The notes beneath the pieces were generated by a model. The model had not been told where the DNA came from. It saw only the letters and a program-made list of their open reading frames with translations, and searched no databases. The translations under genes were made by a program, and so were the position numbers. Shown piece by piece: positions 1-10,014 of a DNA stretch of 64,000 bases. Position 1 is the stretch's first letter. Each line of letters starts with the position of its first letter. This stretch comes from Nanobdellota archaeon (GTDB lineage: Archaea; Nanobdellota; Nanobdellia; Pacearchaeales; GW2011-AR1), in assembly GCA_038046005.1 (NCBI GenBank), contig JBBSXB010000003.1, positions 23,193 to 87,192 on the forward strand, in the 5' to 3' direction.

Positions 1-433
1 TTATCTGGGTTGTTATGTCTCTGCTGTTTGTACCTTCTTGAAGTCCCTGCATGAGTTTTTTCGCCCTGTCAATTATGTATTCTCTCTTGCTGCCTCTTAC
101 GTCCTCAATCTTTGTGACTTCGATTTGGGAATCGCAAGGCCCTATTCTTTCAATAGTCTCTACGGCAGCGGCTATCAATGTTGTTTCAGACTGGTCCAAA
201 GCTGTCGGAATCAATATTTTTCCAGTAGTCTTCTTGTCGCTTCTTTCAAGCTCTACTTCAATCCTTCCGATTTTCCCTTCTTTTTGAAGCTCTCTCATTT
301 CAAGATCTGAACCCAAAAGACCCTCTGTCTGTCCAAATATGGCTCCGATTATGTCTGGTTTTTCCAAAGCGCCCTCAGCAATAAAGGTTGCATGTATCAT
401 GTATTTTATCGATACCGGGCTTATTTTTGCCAT
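1..433 (-). CDS. dnaG: Archaeal DnaG-type primase / exosome subunit, N-terminal part (runs off the window edge; absent from the ORF track)
   Basis: Manual translation from ATG at 433: MAKISPVSIKYMIHATFIAEGALEKPDIIGAIFGQTEGLLGSDLEMRELQKEGKIGRIEV...IGPC, the typical archaeal DnaG N-terminus. Confidence 0.92.
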   Translation of the reverse strand, partial: MAKISPVSIKYMIHATFIAEGALEKPDIIGAIFGQTEGLLGSDLEMRELQKEGKIGRIEVELERSDKKTTGKILIPTALDQSETTLIAAAVETIERIGPCDSQIEVTKIEDVRGSKREYIIDRAKKLMQGLQEGTNSRDITTQI

Positions 434-611
434 GTTCTACTCCTATGTTTATTTAATTTGAAATCTATGATTTCACTAGAAAAATATCTTGTTTACTAAC
501 TAACTGACTTAAACTTCTCACGAGAAATGAATGTGAGTGTGAAAGTGATTGTGATAATATGATGATATTTTCCTAAACTACAAGGCTTGGTGCTTTTTTA
601 AGGGTTTCGGT

Positions 612-929
612 TTAATATCTTTCTACATTAATAGGAATAAGACCACACAAATTGTCTTTATTATAAACAGAAATAACTGGTTTTCCTATAAGATACTCTG
701 ATCCTTTGACCCCATACATTTTTAAGAATTTCTGGAAATCCTCAAACTCTAGATACATACTGTTGCGTAAGCCAAGATTTGCTACACCAATTTCTGTGAC
801 TCTTCCTTCTCCCACGAAAACTATTTTTTCGATAAATCCTGTTTTTCCTTCCAAATCCCATGGATGCTCAGGAAAAATTTCCGTATTGCTAATGTTTACT
901 TCTATCTTTTTATTTTTCTCTCTTACCAT
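612..929 (-). CDS. Hypothetical protein
   Basis: 105-aa ORF with own TATA-like element and AAGGAG upstream; no recognised motif. Confidence 0.6.
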   Translation of the reverse strand: MVREKNKKIEVNISNTEIFPEHPWDLEGKTGFIEKIVFVGEGRVTEIGVANLGLRNSMYLEFEDFQKFLKMYGVKGSEYLIGKPVISVYNKDNLCGLIPINVERY

Positions 930-975
930 AATCTCCTTAGAAAATCTCTGTTTATAAGAATTATTGTGGTGGATT

Positions 976-1287
976 TTATTTTGTCTCTTTATTTATCCAT
1001 TTCTCGTAATCTTCGTTAGCTTCAACGTCAAATTTCATTATACAAGGCGTTTCATAAGGATGGATCTGTTTAATTTCACTCTTTATTTCATTCCAGTTCT
1101 CTTTTTTTGACTTAACAATAGACACTACCTCATTAGCACTATCTATCTTTCCCTTCCACCAATATGCACTCTGAATTGGAAAATAGTTGACGCAGGCAAT
1201 AAGCTTTCTTTTGAGTAAATGTTCACACACTTTTTTAGCTTCACTTAAACTTTTATGTGTTATATAAACAATGATAAAGCCCATCAC
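976..1287 (-). CDS. cutA: Divalent-cation tolerance protein CutA
   Basis: Motifs LIACVN, S-Y-W-x-G, HPYETPCI. Confidence 0.92.
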   Translation of the reverse strand: MMGFIIVYITHKSLSEAKKVCEHLLKRKLIACVNYFPIQSAYWWKGKIDSANEVVSIVKSKKENWNEIKSEIKQIHPYETPCIMKFDVEANEDYEKWINKETK

Positions 1288-1320
1288 TTTCAGAAATAAT
1301 CATTCTATAAAAATCTATCT

Positions 1321-1989
1321 TCACAAACCCAGTTCTTTGTTCAAATCAAAACTATCTGTATATTCTGGTTTAACGGACCTTTCAGTCCTTTTTTGTTCTG
1401 TTCTTGCTCTTGATTCAGTTTTGTTCTCTTTTAGTGTGAAATATTCTTTTATCTTCCCAGTCTGCTCGTAAAGGCTCATCAATTTGCTTTTTATGTCCTG
1501 TCTTTCAGCTTCGGAAAGTCTCATCTGCAAAAGCTTTTCATAAAGTTTTATTGCGTTAGCTCTTCTTCTTTCTTTAACATAAACTTCTGCCTGCCTTTTG
1601 CAAAAATCTTTCACTGCAGAAAAAATTCCCTCTCTTTCCTTAAGTTGCGCCTCTCCAAGAGCTTTTTTTAAAGCCTCATCAAGCATCATCAAATCTCCAC
1701 CCTTCACATAAAATTCAACTTCTTTCATGTGCGCATTTATTTTTTCCTTAAAAGTTGTTGAAAGAATAGAAATATTGTTGTACATTTTAGCAGCCTCGAC
1801 AAACATGCCTTTTTTGTCATAAAGCTCAGCAAGTTTCTGATACAAAAACTTTTTTTTGTCAGTCGCCAAATCTCTTTCTTTAACCATTCTCGACAAATGA
1901 TCAATTTGAACAAAATCTCCTTTACCTTTCAAGAAAGCTTCAACCTCGGTTTTAGACATGTCCCCCTTTAATATCTCTCTTTTTAACAT
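1321..1989 (-). CDS. Helical, TPR-like hypothetical protein
   Basis: 222 aa, charged helical repeats (LAELYDKKGMFVEAAKMY; AIKLYEKLL). Confidence 0.6.
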   Translation of the reverse strand: MLKREILKGDMSKTEVEAFLKGKGDFVQIDHLSRMVKERDLATDKKKFLYQKLAELYDKKGMFVEAAKMYNNISILSTTFKEKINAHMKEVEFYVKGGDLMMLDEALKKALGEAQLKEREGIFSAVKDFCKRQAEVYVKERRRANAIKLYEKLLQMRLSEAERQDIKSKLMSLYEQTGKIKEYFTLKENKTESRARTEQKRTERSVKPEYTDSFDLNKELGL

Positions 1990-2042
1990 AACTAGATTAA
2001 TTGTGCCGGCTTTTTAAGCATTACTGATATTGAGAATATGAA

Positions 2043-2429
2043 TTAATTTTTTTGAGCGTATTTTCTATTTATGAAATTTTCTATACTTGAACTAAATTCA
2101 GGAATAATTTCTTTCCATTTATCTGCTCCAATTGGTACAGTGATTACTTTTGCACCAAGTTCCATTGCTTCCTTTTTGAAGGCTTCAGACAAACCTTCAC
2201 CAACAAGGACAATAGACCCAATACCTTTTTCATTAGCTTTTCTTAAAATCTCAACCTTTCTTTCGCTTAAGTCCTCCATAACAAGTACGTCATAATCTAA
2301 CCTTCTTAATCTGCCATTTACTTTATTTTGTTTAGACACAACATCATATTTAAAATCTCCAACTTCTCTTCTTAACATTACTCCTAAAACAGAATTGTAA
2401 ACGCCAAAATAAAGTACATTTTCATCCAT
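2043..2429 (-). CDS. Hypothetical protein, possible degenerate receiver-like alpha/beta fold
   Basis: 128 aa, 10 bp downstream of tuf; YDVLVMED and AMELGA segments loosely resemble REC domains. Confidence 0.45.
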   Translation of the reverse strand: MDENVLYFGVYNSVLGVMLRREVGDFKYDVVSKQNKVNGRLRRLDYDVLVMEDLSERKVEILRKANEKGIGSIVLVGEGLSEAFKKEAMELGAKVITVPIGADKWKEIIPEFSSSIENFINRKYAQKN

Positions 2430-2439
2430 TTTTCAAGAA

Positions 2440-3717
2440 TTATTTGTGTTTGACAATCTCAATGCAAACACCTGCAGCAACAGTTGCTCCAGCATCTCTT
2501 ACAGCGAACCTGCTCATGTATGGATTGTTCTTTTGTGTTTCCAAAGCAAGGTTTCCTTGTGGCTTTATTCTTACCTTAGCAACATCTCCATTTTTCAAGA
2601 AGTCAGGATTTTCCTTTATGACCTGTCCTGTTTTTGGATCAATCTGTGCTATAAGCTCAGTGAACTGGCATGGCACTTGTGCTGTGTGAACGTGAAATAC
2701 TGGTGTGTAACCTTTAGCCAAAACAGTTGGGTGGTTTATTACTGCAATCTGTGCAATGAATTCCTCAACAATTGGAACCGGGTGGTCAGCTGCGCATATA
2801 ACATCTCCTCTTGCAATATCTTTCTTTCCAACGCCCCTTATGTTTATTCCAACATTGTCTCCTGCAACTGCTTCAGGAAGTGTTTCATGGTGAGCTTCTA
2901 TTGTTTTTATCTCGCCGTCAATTCCTTTTCCTGTTCTTCCAGGCAAGACTTTGATTTTCATTCCAACTTTCATTTTTCCAGTTTCAATTTTTCCTACAGG
3001 CACTGTTCCAATTCCTGTGATTTCATAAACATCTTGGACAGGCATTCTCATTGGAAGGTCTGTTGGAGGTTCTGGTTGTGGGAACAAGTCCATTTGCTCT
3101 AGGATTGTTGGCCCAGTGTACCAAGGCATGTTTGCAGATTTATTCTTAACATTATCTCCTTTAAGTCCAGCGCACGCAATGTAAGCAGCAGCAGTAATCC
3201 CAACCTGGCTTAAAAGTTTTGTAACATCTTCCTTGACTTTGTTGAATCTAGCTTGATCATAACTCACAGCATCCATTTTGTTGACTGCTATGGCTACATT
3301 CTTAACTCCCATTGTTCTTAAAAGCCACAAGTGTTCAGTTGTTTGAGGTTCGACTCCTGAAGGTGCAGAAACAACAAGGAATGCGCAGTCAGCCTGCGAG
3401 GCTCCAGTTATCATGTTCTTGACGAAGTCTCTGTGTCCTGGTGCATCAATGATTGTGATTTGGAATTTCTGAGTCATAATCTTTCTATAAGCCAAGTCAA
3501 TTGTAACTCCTCTTTCTCTTTCTTCTTTAATCTTGTCCATAACATAAGCGAATTCAAAACCAACTTTGCCATGCTTTTCAGCTTCAGCTCGTAACTTTGT
3601 CATTTCTTGTTCAGTAACAGCTCCAGTGTCGAAAAGCAATCTTCCGACTACGGTTGACTTTCCAGCGTCAACGTGACCGACGAACACAACGTTCATATTT
3701 GGTTTTTCTCTTGCCAT
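2440..3717 (-). CDS. tuf: Translation elongation factor EF-1 alpha
   Basis: GHVDAGKST, ERERGVTID, DAPGHRDF and NKMD motifs. Confidence 0.98.
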   Translation of the reverse strand: MAREKPNMNVVFVGHVDAGKSTVVGRLLFDTGAVTEQEMTKLRAEAEKHGKVGFEFAYVMDKIKEERERGVTIDLAYRKIMTQKFQITIIDAPGHRDFVKNMITGASQADCAFLVVSAPSGVEPQTTEHLWLLRTMGVKNVAIAVNKMDAVSYDQARFNKVKEDVTKLLSQVGITAAAYIACAGLKGDNVKNKSANMPWYTGPTILEQMDLFPQPEPPTDLPMRMPVQDVYEITGIGTVPVGKIETGKMKVGMKIKVLPGRTGKGIDGEIKTIEAHHETLPEAVAGDNVGINIRGVGKKDIARGDVICAADHPVPIVEEFIAQIAVINHPTVLAKGYTPVFHVHTAQVPCQFTELIAQIDPKTGQVIKENPDFLKNGDVAKVRIKPQGNLALETQKNNPYMSRFAVRDAGATVAAGVCIEIVKHK

Positions 3718-3770
3718 TTGTTATAACAATTTTCCGTAGAAAATTTGATATTTATGTAAAAAAAATTAGG

Positions 3771-3787
3771 TTTATAAAGTTTTTGGT
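3771..3787 (-). promoter_or_regulatory. BRE + TATA promoter of tuf
   Basis: Minus strand reads ACCAAAAACTTTATAAA; the same pattern precedes many genes in the window. Confidence 0.65.
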
Positions 3788-3798
3788 AACAATGAATT

Positions 3799-4038
3799 TT
3801 AACCTCTTGTTTGTTCAGGCGCTATCGTCAAATCTTTTGCGTTGTACCACAACCAATAAGGCTCTTCTTTATAATAAAAATGAGCTCTGACTCTTTTTTT
3901 ACTTTCATCAATATTTGTTACAAGACCTATCATTCTATTTGGAAAAGTTTTTCCATCCTCTTCTCTATCTGGCAAAGATTTAACTCCTCTTTTTATTACG
4001 ACTTTTTCCTCCAAGACCAAATCATTTATTTTTAACAT
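3799..4038 (-). CDS. Small hypothetical protein, possible SH3/KOW-like beta barrel (likely start MLKIND)
   Basis: ORF track 3799-4131; the ATG at 4038 follows a TATA-like element; contains VVIKRG...IGLVTNIDESKKRVRAHF. Confidence 0.5.
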   Translation of the reverse strand: MLKINDLVLEEKVVIKRGVKSLPDREEDGKTFPNRMIGLVTNIDESKKRVRAHFYYKEEPYWLWYNAKDLTIAPEQTRG

Positions 4039-4139
4039 GCAAATACTTAGAAAAATCTCTTTAAAAATTTTTGTGATTACTGATTTTGAATAACCCTTAA
4101 TATACATATAATTTTTAAATTCTATTCCCATCTTGTATT

Positions 4140-4898
4140 ATGGTCAATATCATTTATTCTGACAAGTTTACAGATGAAGAAGTAAATTTATTAAATAAAA
4201 AATTTAAAATAATTTTTACCAAATTCAAAGAATTTGATTCTTTAAGCATGGAAATTGGTTATAAAGAAAAAAGAAAATATACGATTGGTAAACCTATTGG
4301 GACTTTGTTTATTGAAAGAATTTCTAAAAAAACTCCAAATTTTGCGCAAGCAAGCGCTAATATTCACAGATTAATTTTGTCTGTTAAACCTTATGAAGAA
4401 ATTAGTTTTTATAACCTCGGCCATGAATTATCTCATTTTTTGCAGTATAATAATACAATTCCATTTGGTGAGCTAAACTCTGATATTTTTGTGTTATCAA
4501 AAGGAGAACCTTTTTTGGATGATATTCCTGTTTACTTTTTCTATTCATTAATACTTCTTAACAATAAAATTAATGAGGAAAAAATTGATTCTACTCTAAA
4601 ATTTGAAGAATTAATAGATTTTATAGAAAAATATTTTAAATCTAAGGATAAACACACTGATTTTAGATTACTAATCTCTGATGGATGCAAGAAATTATTA
4701 CAATCAAAAAAATTTAACGATGACTTTATTTTTTTATTGGCTGAAACTTACGATTTGATTTTAAAATATTTAAAAAAATCAGCAACAACTTATAGGGAAA
4801 TATCTAAAATGGAAGTGCATAAAAGGGAAGAAATTTCACTAGATATAATTAACAAAGTTGAAAATTTACCCAATGATATTGTTAATGCTCTAAACTGA
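4140..4898 (+). CDS. Hypothetical protein with HExxH zinc-metallopeptidase motif
   Basis: LGHELSHFLQ with a downstream Glu; very AT-rich; opposite strand to its neighbours. Confidence 0.6.
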   Translation: MVNIIYSDKFTDEEVNLLNKKFKIIFTKFKEFDSLSMEIGYKEKRKYTIGKPIGTLFIERISKKTPNFAQASANIHRLILSVKPYEEISFYNLGHELSHFLQYNNTIPFGELNSDIFVLSKGEPFLDDIPVYFFYSLILLNNKINEEKIDSTLKFEELIDFIEKYFKSKDKHTDFRLLISDGCKKLLQSKKFNDDFIFLLAETYDLILKYLKKSATTYREISKMEVHKREEISLDIINKVENLPNDIVNALN

Positions 4899-4932
4899 TT
4901 TTAATAATTTTGTTTGTAACACAAACACCTTT

Positions 4933-7122
4933 TTACTGATTCTCAGCCAAACCTTTTCTGCTTCTTATTTTCCTTATTACTTCATCCTGCAATGAGGTGG
5001 GTGTTTTTTCGAAGAACTGATCAGATAAAGATGAAACTCCTCTTCCTTCTGTTGCAGATCTTAAATCAGAACTCCATCCAAGCATTTCAGCGACGGGAAG
5101 TTTTGCTTCTATTGTGACTCCAGAATCATCTTGCTTGACATCTAAAAGTTGTCCTCTCTTGCTGGATATTAACTTATTCACTTCTCCCAAAAATGAAGTT
5201 GGCGCTTCTATTATGTGAACTTGAATAGGCTCAAACATTGAGGGTGATGCTTCTTTCATTGCTTCTTTGATTGACTCTCTCACTGCTGGATAAACTTGAG
5301 CCGGACCTCTGTGAATTGCATCCTCGTGAAGTTTTATATCTGCTAAAGAAATTTTCATTTTCATGCATGGCTCTCTTGCCAAAGGTCCTTGGTTTATAAC
5401 CATTTCAAACGCGTCTAAAATCATATCTATTACTTCTCCAAGATGGACTTCTCCTCTTGTTTCATCCACTAACATATTCCCTTTATAGACATCTCTTATA
5501 CCTCTTATAGAATCTCCATCCCATCCTAATTTTGACAGCACATCAAACGCTTCCTGACTTTTCTTTTTTATTCTTCCCTCTCTCAATTCTCCGTTTCTTA
5601 TCGCCTGATAAACATCATCTTCTAATGGCTCAACGCTCATAAAGAAGCTGTTATGTTTGTTTGGGCTTCTTCCTTCAACAGCTCCTGATTTTTTTAAAAC
5701 TGTTTCTCTATAAACAATAATTGGTGAAGAAGTCCTTATTGATAACCCTTTTTCAGTCCTTATTCTGTTTTCAATTATTTCAAGATGCAATTCTCCCATT
5801 CCAGACATAAGATTTTCTCCCGTCTGCTCATTGATTTCAATTTTTATAGACGGATCTTCTTTTCCAACTTTTTTCAATATTTCAACAAGCTTTGGCAAGT
5901 CAGCTGTTTTTTCAACTTCAATGGCTTTAGTGATAACCGGTTCAAAAATATGTTTTAATTCTTCGAATGGAGTTTGTGGCTCTAATGTGATTGTTTCTCC
6001 GGCTTCTCCCGCAATACCAGAAATAGCCAAGACATTTCCTGCAACAATTTCATCAATTTGTTCTGGTTTTATTCCATTATACACAAAAAGCTGTTGAATC
6101 TTTTGTCTTTGTTTTGCAAGATTAAGATAAACTTCCGTGCCAGGTTTTAATGTTCCTGAGAAAAGTCTTCCGGCAGAAATTTCTTTTCCAGATCTTGGCT
6201 CAATAACAATTCTTGTAACAACAAACGCAATCTCTCCTTTTGGATTGCAATTTTTTAAATCTTTTCCGAAATCAGTTTCAGAATCTCCATGCCATATTTT
6301 TGGAATTCTATACTTCTGAGCTTCAATTGGATTTGGAAGATGCTTTACTACCATGTCTAAAAGAACTTCGTAAAGAGGCGCGTTTTTCCAGCACCACTCT
6401 TTTCTATCCTCTTCACTCATTTCATAAAGTGCTAAAATGTCCTTGAAATTAATTCCCTTTTTTTGCATGAATGGAACAGACATTGCCCAGTTTTCCCTTG
6501 CTGATCCGAATGCAACGCTTCCATTTTTGATGTCAACAGCCCAACTTTCTTTAAATTCACTCTCCGCCACTTTTCTTATTAATTCATTGAATTCGTGGAA
6601 AATTTCAACAAATCTTTGCTGCATTTGTTCCGGAGTCAGTTTCAATTCTTTTATTAATCTGTCAACTTTATTTATGAACAAAACAGGTCTTACTCTTTCT
6701 CTTAATGCTTGTTTGACTACTGTTTCTGTTTGTGGCATTATCCCCTCAACAGCACATACCAAAACAATAGTTCCGTCTATGGCCCTCATAGCTCTTGTAA
6801 CATTTCCGGAGAAATCGACGTGACCAGGAGTGTCAATCAAGTTAATCAGATATTCTTCCCCATGATAGTCATGAACCATTGAGACATTTGCAGCGTCAAC
6901 TGTCATAAGTCTTTCCTGTTCATCAGAATGTTGCCATGTTGCCATTCCTGCTTCAAGGTCTCCTGCAGATTTCGAGGCCATGTAACCGGATGCGGCAAGA
7001 AGATTGTCTGTCAAAGCAGTTTTACCATGATGAATATGTGCCGAAGTCGCAATATTCCTAATATTCTTTTGGTACTTATTGATTCTCTTTATCTTGTCAA
7101 ATTGTGATTCTTTTTCTGCCAT
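4933..7122 (-). CDS. fusA: Translation elongation factor EF-2
   Basis: DTPGHVDF, NKVD, GMGELHLE and diphthamide loop HEDAIHRGPAQ. Confidence 0.98.
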   Translation of the reverse strand: MAEKESQFDKIKRINKYQKNIRNIATSAHIHHGKTALTDNLLAASGYMASKSAGDLEAGMATWQHSDEQERLMTVDAANVSMVHDYHGEEYLINLIDTPGHVDFSGNVTRAMRAIDGTIVLVCAVEGIMPQTETVVKQALRERVRPVLFINKVDRLIKELKLTPEQMQQRFVEIFHEFNELIRKVAESEFKESWAVDIKNGSVAFGSARENWAMSVPFMQKKGINFKDILALYEMSEEDRKEWCWKNAPLYEVLLDMVVKHLPNPIEAQKYRIPKIWHGDSETDFGKDLKNCNPKGEIAFVVTRIVIEPRSGKEISAGRLFSGTLKPGTEVYLNLAKQRQKIQQLFVYNGIKPEQIDEIVAGNVLAISGIAGEAGETITLEPQTPFEELKHIFEPVITKAIEVEKTADLPKLVEILKKVGKEDPSIKIEINEQTGENLMSGMGELHLEIIENRIRTEKGLSIRTSSPIIVYRETVLKKSGAVEGRSPNKHNSFFMSVEPLEDDVYQAIRNGELREGRIKKKSQEAFDVLSKLGWDGDSIRGIRDVYKGNMLVDETRGEVHLGEVIDMILDAFEMVINQGPLAREPCMKMKISLADIKLHEDAIHRGPAQVYPAVRESIKEAMKEASPSMFEPIQVHIIEAPTSFLGEVNKLISSKRGQLLDVKQDDSGVTIEAKLPVAEMLGWSSDLRSATEGRGVSSLSDQFFEKTPTSLQDEVIRKIRSRKGLAENQ

Positions 7123-7196
7123 GAAATTTGTCCTAATGCATATTTAGAATATACTTTAATTGAAAAAATGCTTTTTAAAGTTGTTGGTAAGAAAAA

Positions 7197-7631
7197 CTAT
7201 TTGTGCTCACAATTATCTGGCACTCTGATATGATTAACATGATATTTCTTCATAAATTCAATAGTTCTCGAATCTTTATCAAATGGTCCACCAAATCCAA
7301 CATAACCATGTGGGCATCCACCCATTTCTTCACTTATTATTTTTCCATCGCCTGTTTTTAACTCCTCTACTTTTATAACCATTCTATTCAGTTCAGGCTC
7401 GTATTCTACACTAAATGCTTCTATAGTTGCGCTAAAGTTTGCATATTTTGACGAGTGTTTTATTGGACCAACCTGATTTACCAGAATTTTAAATTCATCA
7501 GAAACAGATTTTTCCAATTCGGAGACTTCATCTTTAAAGCCTTCCCAAATTTGTTTTCTTACTTCTTGTATTCTTTTCACTCTCTCTTGATAAGAATTAT
7601 TAACTGCTTTAAGTTGTTCTTCGAAACCCAT
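7197..7631 (-). CDS. Hypothetical protein
   Basis: 144 aa; coiled N-terminus; CPHG and CEH segments. Confidence 0.6.
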   Translation of the reverse strand: MGFEEQLKAVNNSYQERVKRIQEVRKQIWEGFKDEVSELEKSVSDEFKILVNQVGPIKHSSKYANFSATIEAFSVEYEPELNRMVIKVEELKTGDGKIISEEMGGCPHGYVGFGGPFDKDSRTIEFMKKYHVNHIRVPDNCEHK

Positions 7632-7769
7632 ACTAAGATTATAAGATTGTTATTTATAAGAATTATTGTACTAAGTTATCTAAATTCAAGAGGACTTGTA
7701 CCTAAATTCAAAACCATTAGGTATATTCTTTTGTATTTTTGAAATATAGTCTAAATTCTTTTGCCAGGC

Positions 7770-8177
7770 CTAGACTTCAATTATGCTATCTAAAAGATTT
7801 ATATCTATCTTTGCTCCACCATTAGAAGCAGAAGCATTGAGATTCTGGAAATTTATTTTTTCAATTTTTAATGTTTTTCTGCCCTGCCATGGTAGAGGAA
7901 CATCTCTGTCAAGATTTTTATTTCTGTCAATTTCAGAATTAAACCACTCTGAATATAATCTTAAAACCTCCTGTTTAGTGCAACAAACATCGCCTCGGAT
8001 TTTTGTACCAAGTAAACTAACTGATGTTTGAGTAGATGTAGCGATTTCACCAGCCATTTGATTTATGGGTGAATAATCAAAACCTGAGTCCTTATCTACT
8101 GAGAAATATGCTGTTGCGTTTTTAATCGGAATAAAACTTAATATCTTTTCTAAATCAGAAATTTTTATGTCACTCAT
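7770..8177 (-). CDS. Hypothetical protein
   Basis: 135-aa ORF with own TATA-like element upstream. Confidence 0.55.
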   Translation of the reverse strand: MSDIKISDLEKILSFIPIKNATAYFSVDKDSGFDYSPINQMAGEIATSTQTSVSLLGTKIRGDVCCTKQEVLRLYSEWFNSEIDRNKNLDRDVPLPWQGRKTLKIEKINFQNLNASASNGGAKIDINLLDSIIEV

Positions 8178-8222
8178 GTCTAATTTTATAATTTCACCCT
8201 TTAAAAGAATTATGGTGATGAT

Positions 8223-8834
8223 TTACCTTGCGCTGTCAGCCTGAGCTTCAGCTTCTTTTTTCTTTCTGACAGCAAAACTATCTCCATTATTGTCTGCAGC
8301 AAGCATTATCTCTTCAGCTAGTCCTTGAACAATAGTTTTCTTTTTTCCGAAAGCTTTATCTGATGCGCCATGAACAATGTGTTTTACTGCAAGGTTAACT
8401 CTTCTTAAAGGTGAGACATCAACAGCTTGGGGATATCTTGCCCCACCATATTCTATGACTGTTATTTCATCTCTGGGTGCAGAATTTTCTATCGCTTTAA
8501 TAAGAACTTGCACTGGATTTTTCCCAGTTTTTTCGGCAACTATCTTTAGTGCATCCAAAACAGTTCCCATGTTTTTTGTATACTTTCCGCTTGATCTTCC
8601 AAACATTATCCTGTGCTTTTTACCTCTATGCCCAGCAACGGCAAGCTTATTCATAAGCCTTTCAACAATGTTGACTTTTAACTGCCCCATTTTCTGGACA
8701 TTTCTTCCATAGCTTTTTAGGATTAATTTTGGCTCAAGGTTTATTACATCTTTTAGCCCCGGATCTTCTACTACAATTTCTTGCATATCATAAAGATCAA
8801 ATATCTTAAAAATTGGAAGTTTAGTTTGTATCAT
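8223..8834 (-). CDS. rps7: 30S ribosomal protein uS7
   Basis: NPVQVLIKAIENSAPRDE...YGGARYPQAVDVSPLRRV; ends ADSAR. Confidence 0.97.
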   Translation of the reverse strand: MIQTKLPIFKIFDLYDMQEIVVEDPGLKDVINLEPKLILKSYGRNVQKMGQLKVNIVERLMNKLAVAGHRGKKHRIMFGRSSGKYTKNMGTVLDALKIVAEKTGKNPVQVLIKAIENSAPRDEITVIEYGGARYPQAVDVSPLRRVNLAVKHIVHGASDKAFGKKKTIVQGLAEEIMLAADNNGDSFAVRKKKEAEAQADSAR

Positions 8835-8835
8835 T

Positions 8836-8991
8836 TTATTTTTTGTATTCTATATAGACAGTTCCTGATGGAGTAGTCTTAACTGTAGCATTATCTTCAT
8901 TTAGCCTTAAACCAAGTTTTAAAACTAATCCCTTTCCCAATACAACAGTTGTTACTGTGTCATATCTTGGTTGATATTTATTTTCTATCAT
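8836..8991 (-). CDS. 51-aa protein, AbrB/MazE/SpoVT-like (below the ORF-track cutoff)
   Basis: Manual translation MIENKYQPRYDTVTTVVLGKGLVLKLGLRLNEDNATVKTTPSGTVYIEYKK; 1-bp gaps to both neighbours. Confidence 0.55.
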   Translation of the reverse strand: MIENKYQPRYDTVTTVVLGKGLVLKLGLRLNEDNATVKTTPSGTVYIEYKK

Positions 8992-8992
8992 T

Positions 8993-9223
8993 TTAATCTA
9001 AAAGTTCCCCGCTTCTTGCTAATGGTGTAACAATCATAACCAATTTTCCATCTTTTCTTTTTTTTATCTCAACAGGATTATCAAACTGATGGGTTTGATA
9101 ATCCCCTCCTCTTATTCTTGTTTGACCGTCCTCACCAAGATATTTTACTTCTCCCCATACATTTTGTTTATCTGTAAATAATATATCATTAGGTATTCTG
9201 TCTCCAACTTCGTATTCTGTCAT
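8993..9223 (-). CDS. Small hypothetical protein
   Basis: 76 aa; starts 1 bp after the rps12 stop. Confidence 0.6.
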   Translation of the reverse strand: MTEYEVGDRIPNDILFTDKQNVWGEVKYLGEDGQTRIRGGDYQTHQFDNPVEIKKRKDGKLVMIVTPLARSGELLD

Positions 9224-9224
9224 T

Positions 9225-9647
9225 TTATCTTCTACCCTTTTCTATTTTTCCTCTAACTAAAAGATGCAGAGGTTGATCATTTACTTGAATTACCTGATAT
9301 CTGACTCCAGGAATGTCTCCCTTACTTCTTCCTTGCTTTCCACCAATTCTTTCTATAAGAACTTCATCGTGTTCATCAATAAATTTTTGTGCCAGATTAC
9401 CTGGAATAAATGCTGTTACAGATTTTCCATTTTTCTTTAGCTGAACTTTGCAGCATTTTCTCATTGCTGAGTTTGGCTGTTTTGCTTCTTTTTGAATTTT
9501 TGAAAGAACAATTCCCCTTGCTTGATTTGCCCCCTCTAATGGGTCAGATTTTGCGTAAAGATTTAGAGTCTTAACTATGTAATGTCTGTCACTCCATCTA
9601 AATTTTTTCCTATCTTTGACTTTCTTTTTTGCAGCTTTTAATGACAT
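9225..9647 (-). CDS. rps12: 30S ribosomal protein uS12
   Basis: [12 protein letters not shown] and GDIPGVRY motifs. Confidence 0.97.
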   Translation of the reverse strand: MSLKAAKKKVKDRKKFRWSDRHYIVKTLNLYAKSDPLEGANQARGIVLSKIQKEAKQPNSAMRKCCKVQLKKNGKSVTAFIPGNLAQKFIDEHDEVLIERIGGKQGRSKGDIPGVRYQVIQVNDQPLHLLVRGKIEKGRR

Positions 9648-9693
9648 ATGATTATACGAGAAAATTAGTTTTTAAACCTTATTGTGGAGGAAT

Positions 9694-9972
9694 TTATCTT
9701 AACAATGAATAGTGCAAGAACTCATTTAAACTGTAATCTCTTTCTTGTTTCTTTTCTTTTTGCCCACCCCATTCAGAAATAAATGAAGTTAAAACATCTG
9801 TTAGAGATTTTTTTCTTGGTGGATTATTACTAATTCTTATTTTATCTCCTTGAACTCTACTTACATAACCAACAACGAATTTTTGCGGGCCTCGCAAGAC
9901 TACTTTTTTCCCAATATCCTTTTCGGAAATATCTACTGCAAGTTTTTGAGGATACGAAGGAAAGTCTTTCAT
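9694..9972 (-). CDS. Small hypothetical protein, possible Sm/SH3-like barrel
   Basis: IGKKVVLRG...VVGYVSRVQGDKIRIS; purine-rich SD-like sequence upstream. Confidence 0.55.
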   Translation of the reverse strand: MKDFPSYPQKLAVDISEKDIGKKVVLRGPQKFVVGYVSRVQGDKIRISNNPPRKKSLTDVLTSFISEWGGQKEKKQERDYSLNEFLHYSLLR

Positions 9973-10014
9973 AGAATCATTACTCGCCTCTCCCCTTTAA
10001 ATATTATTCGTTTT

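Noticed and set aside
434-600. Possible structured RNA in the long dnaG leader
   Set aside because: No convincing stems or known motif visible; needs covariance analysis.
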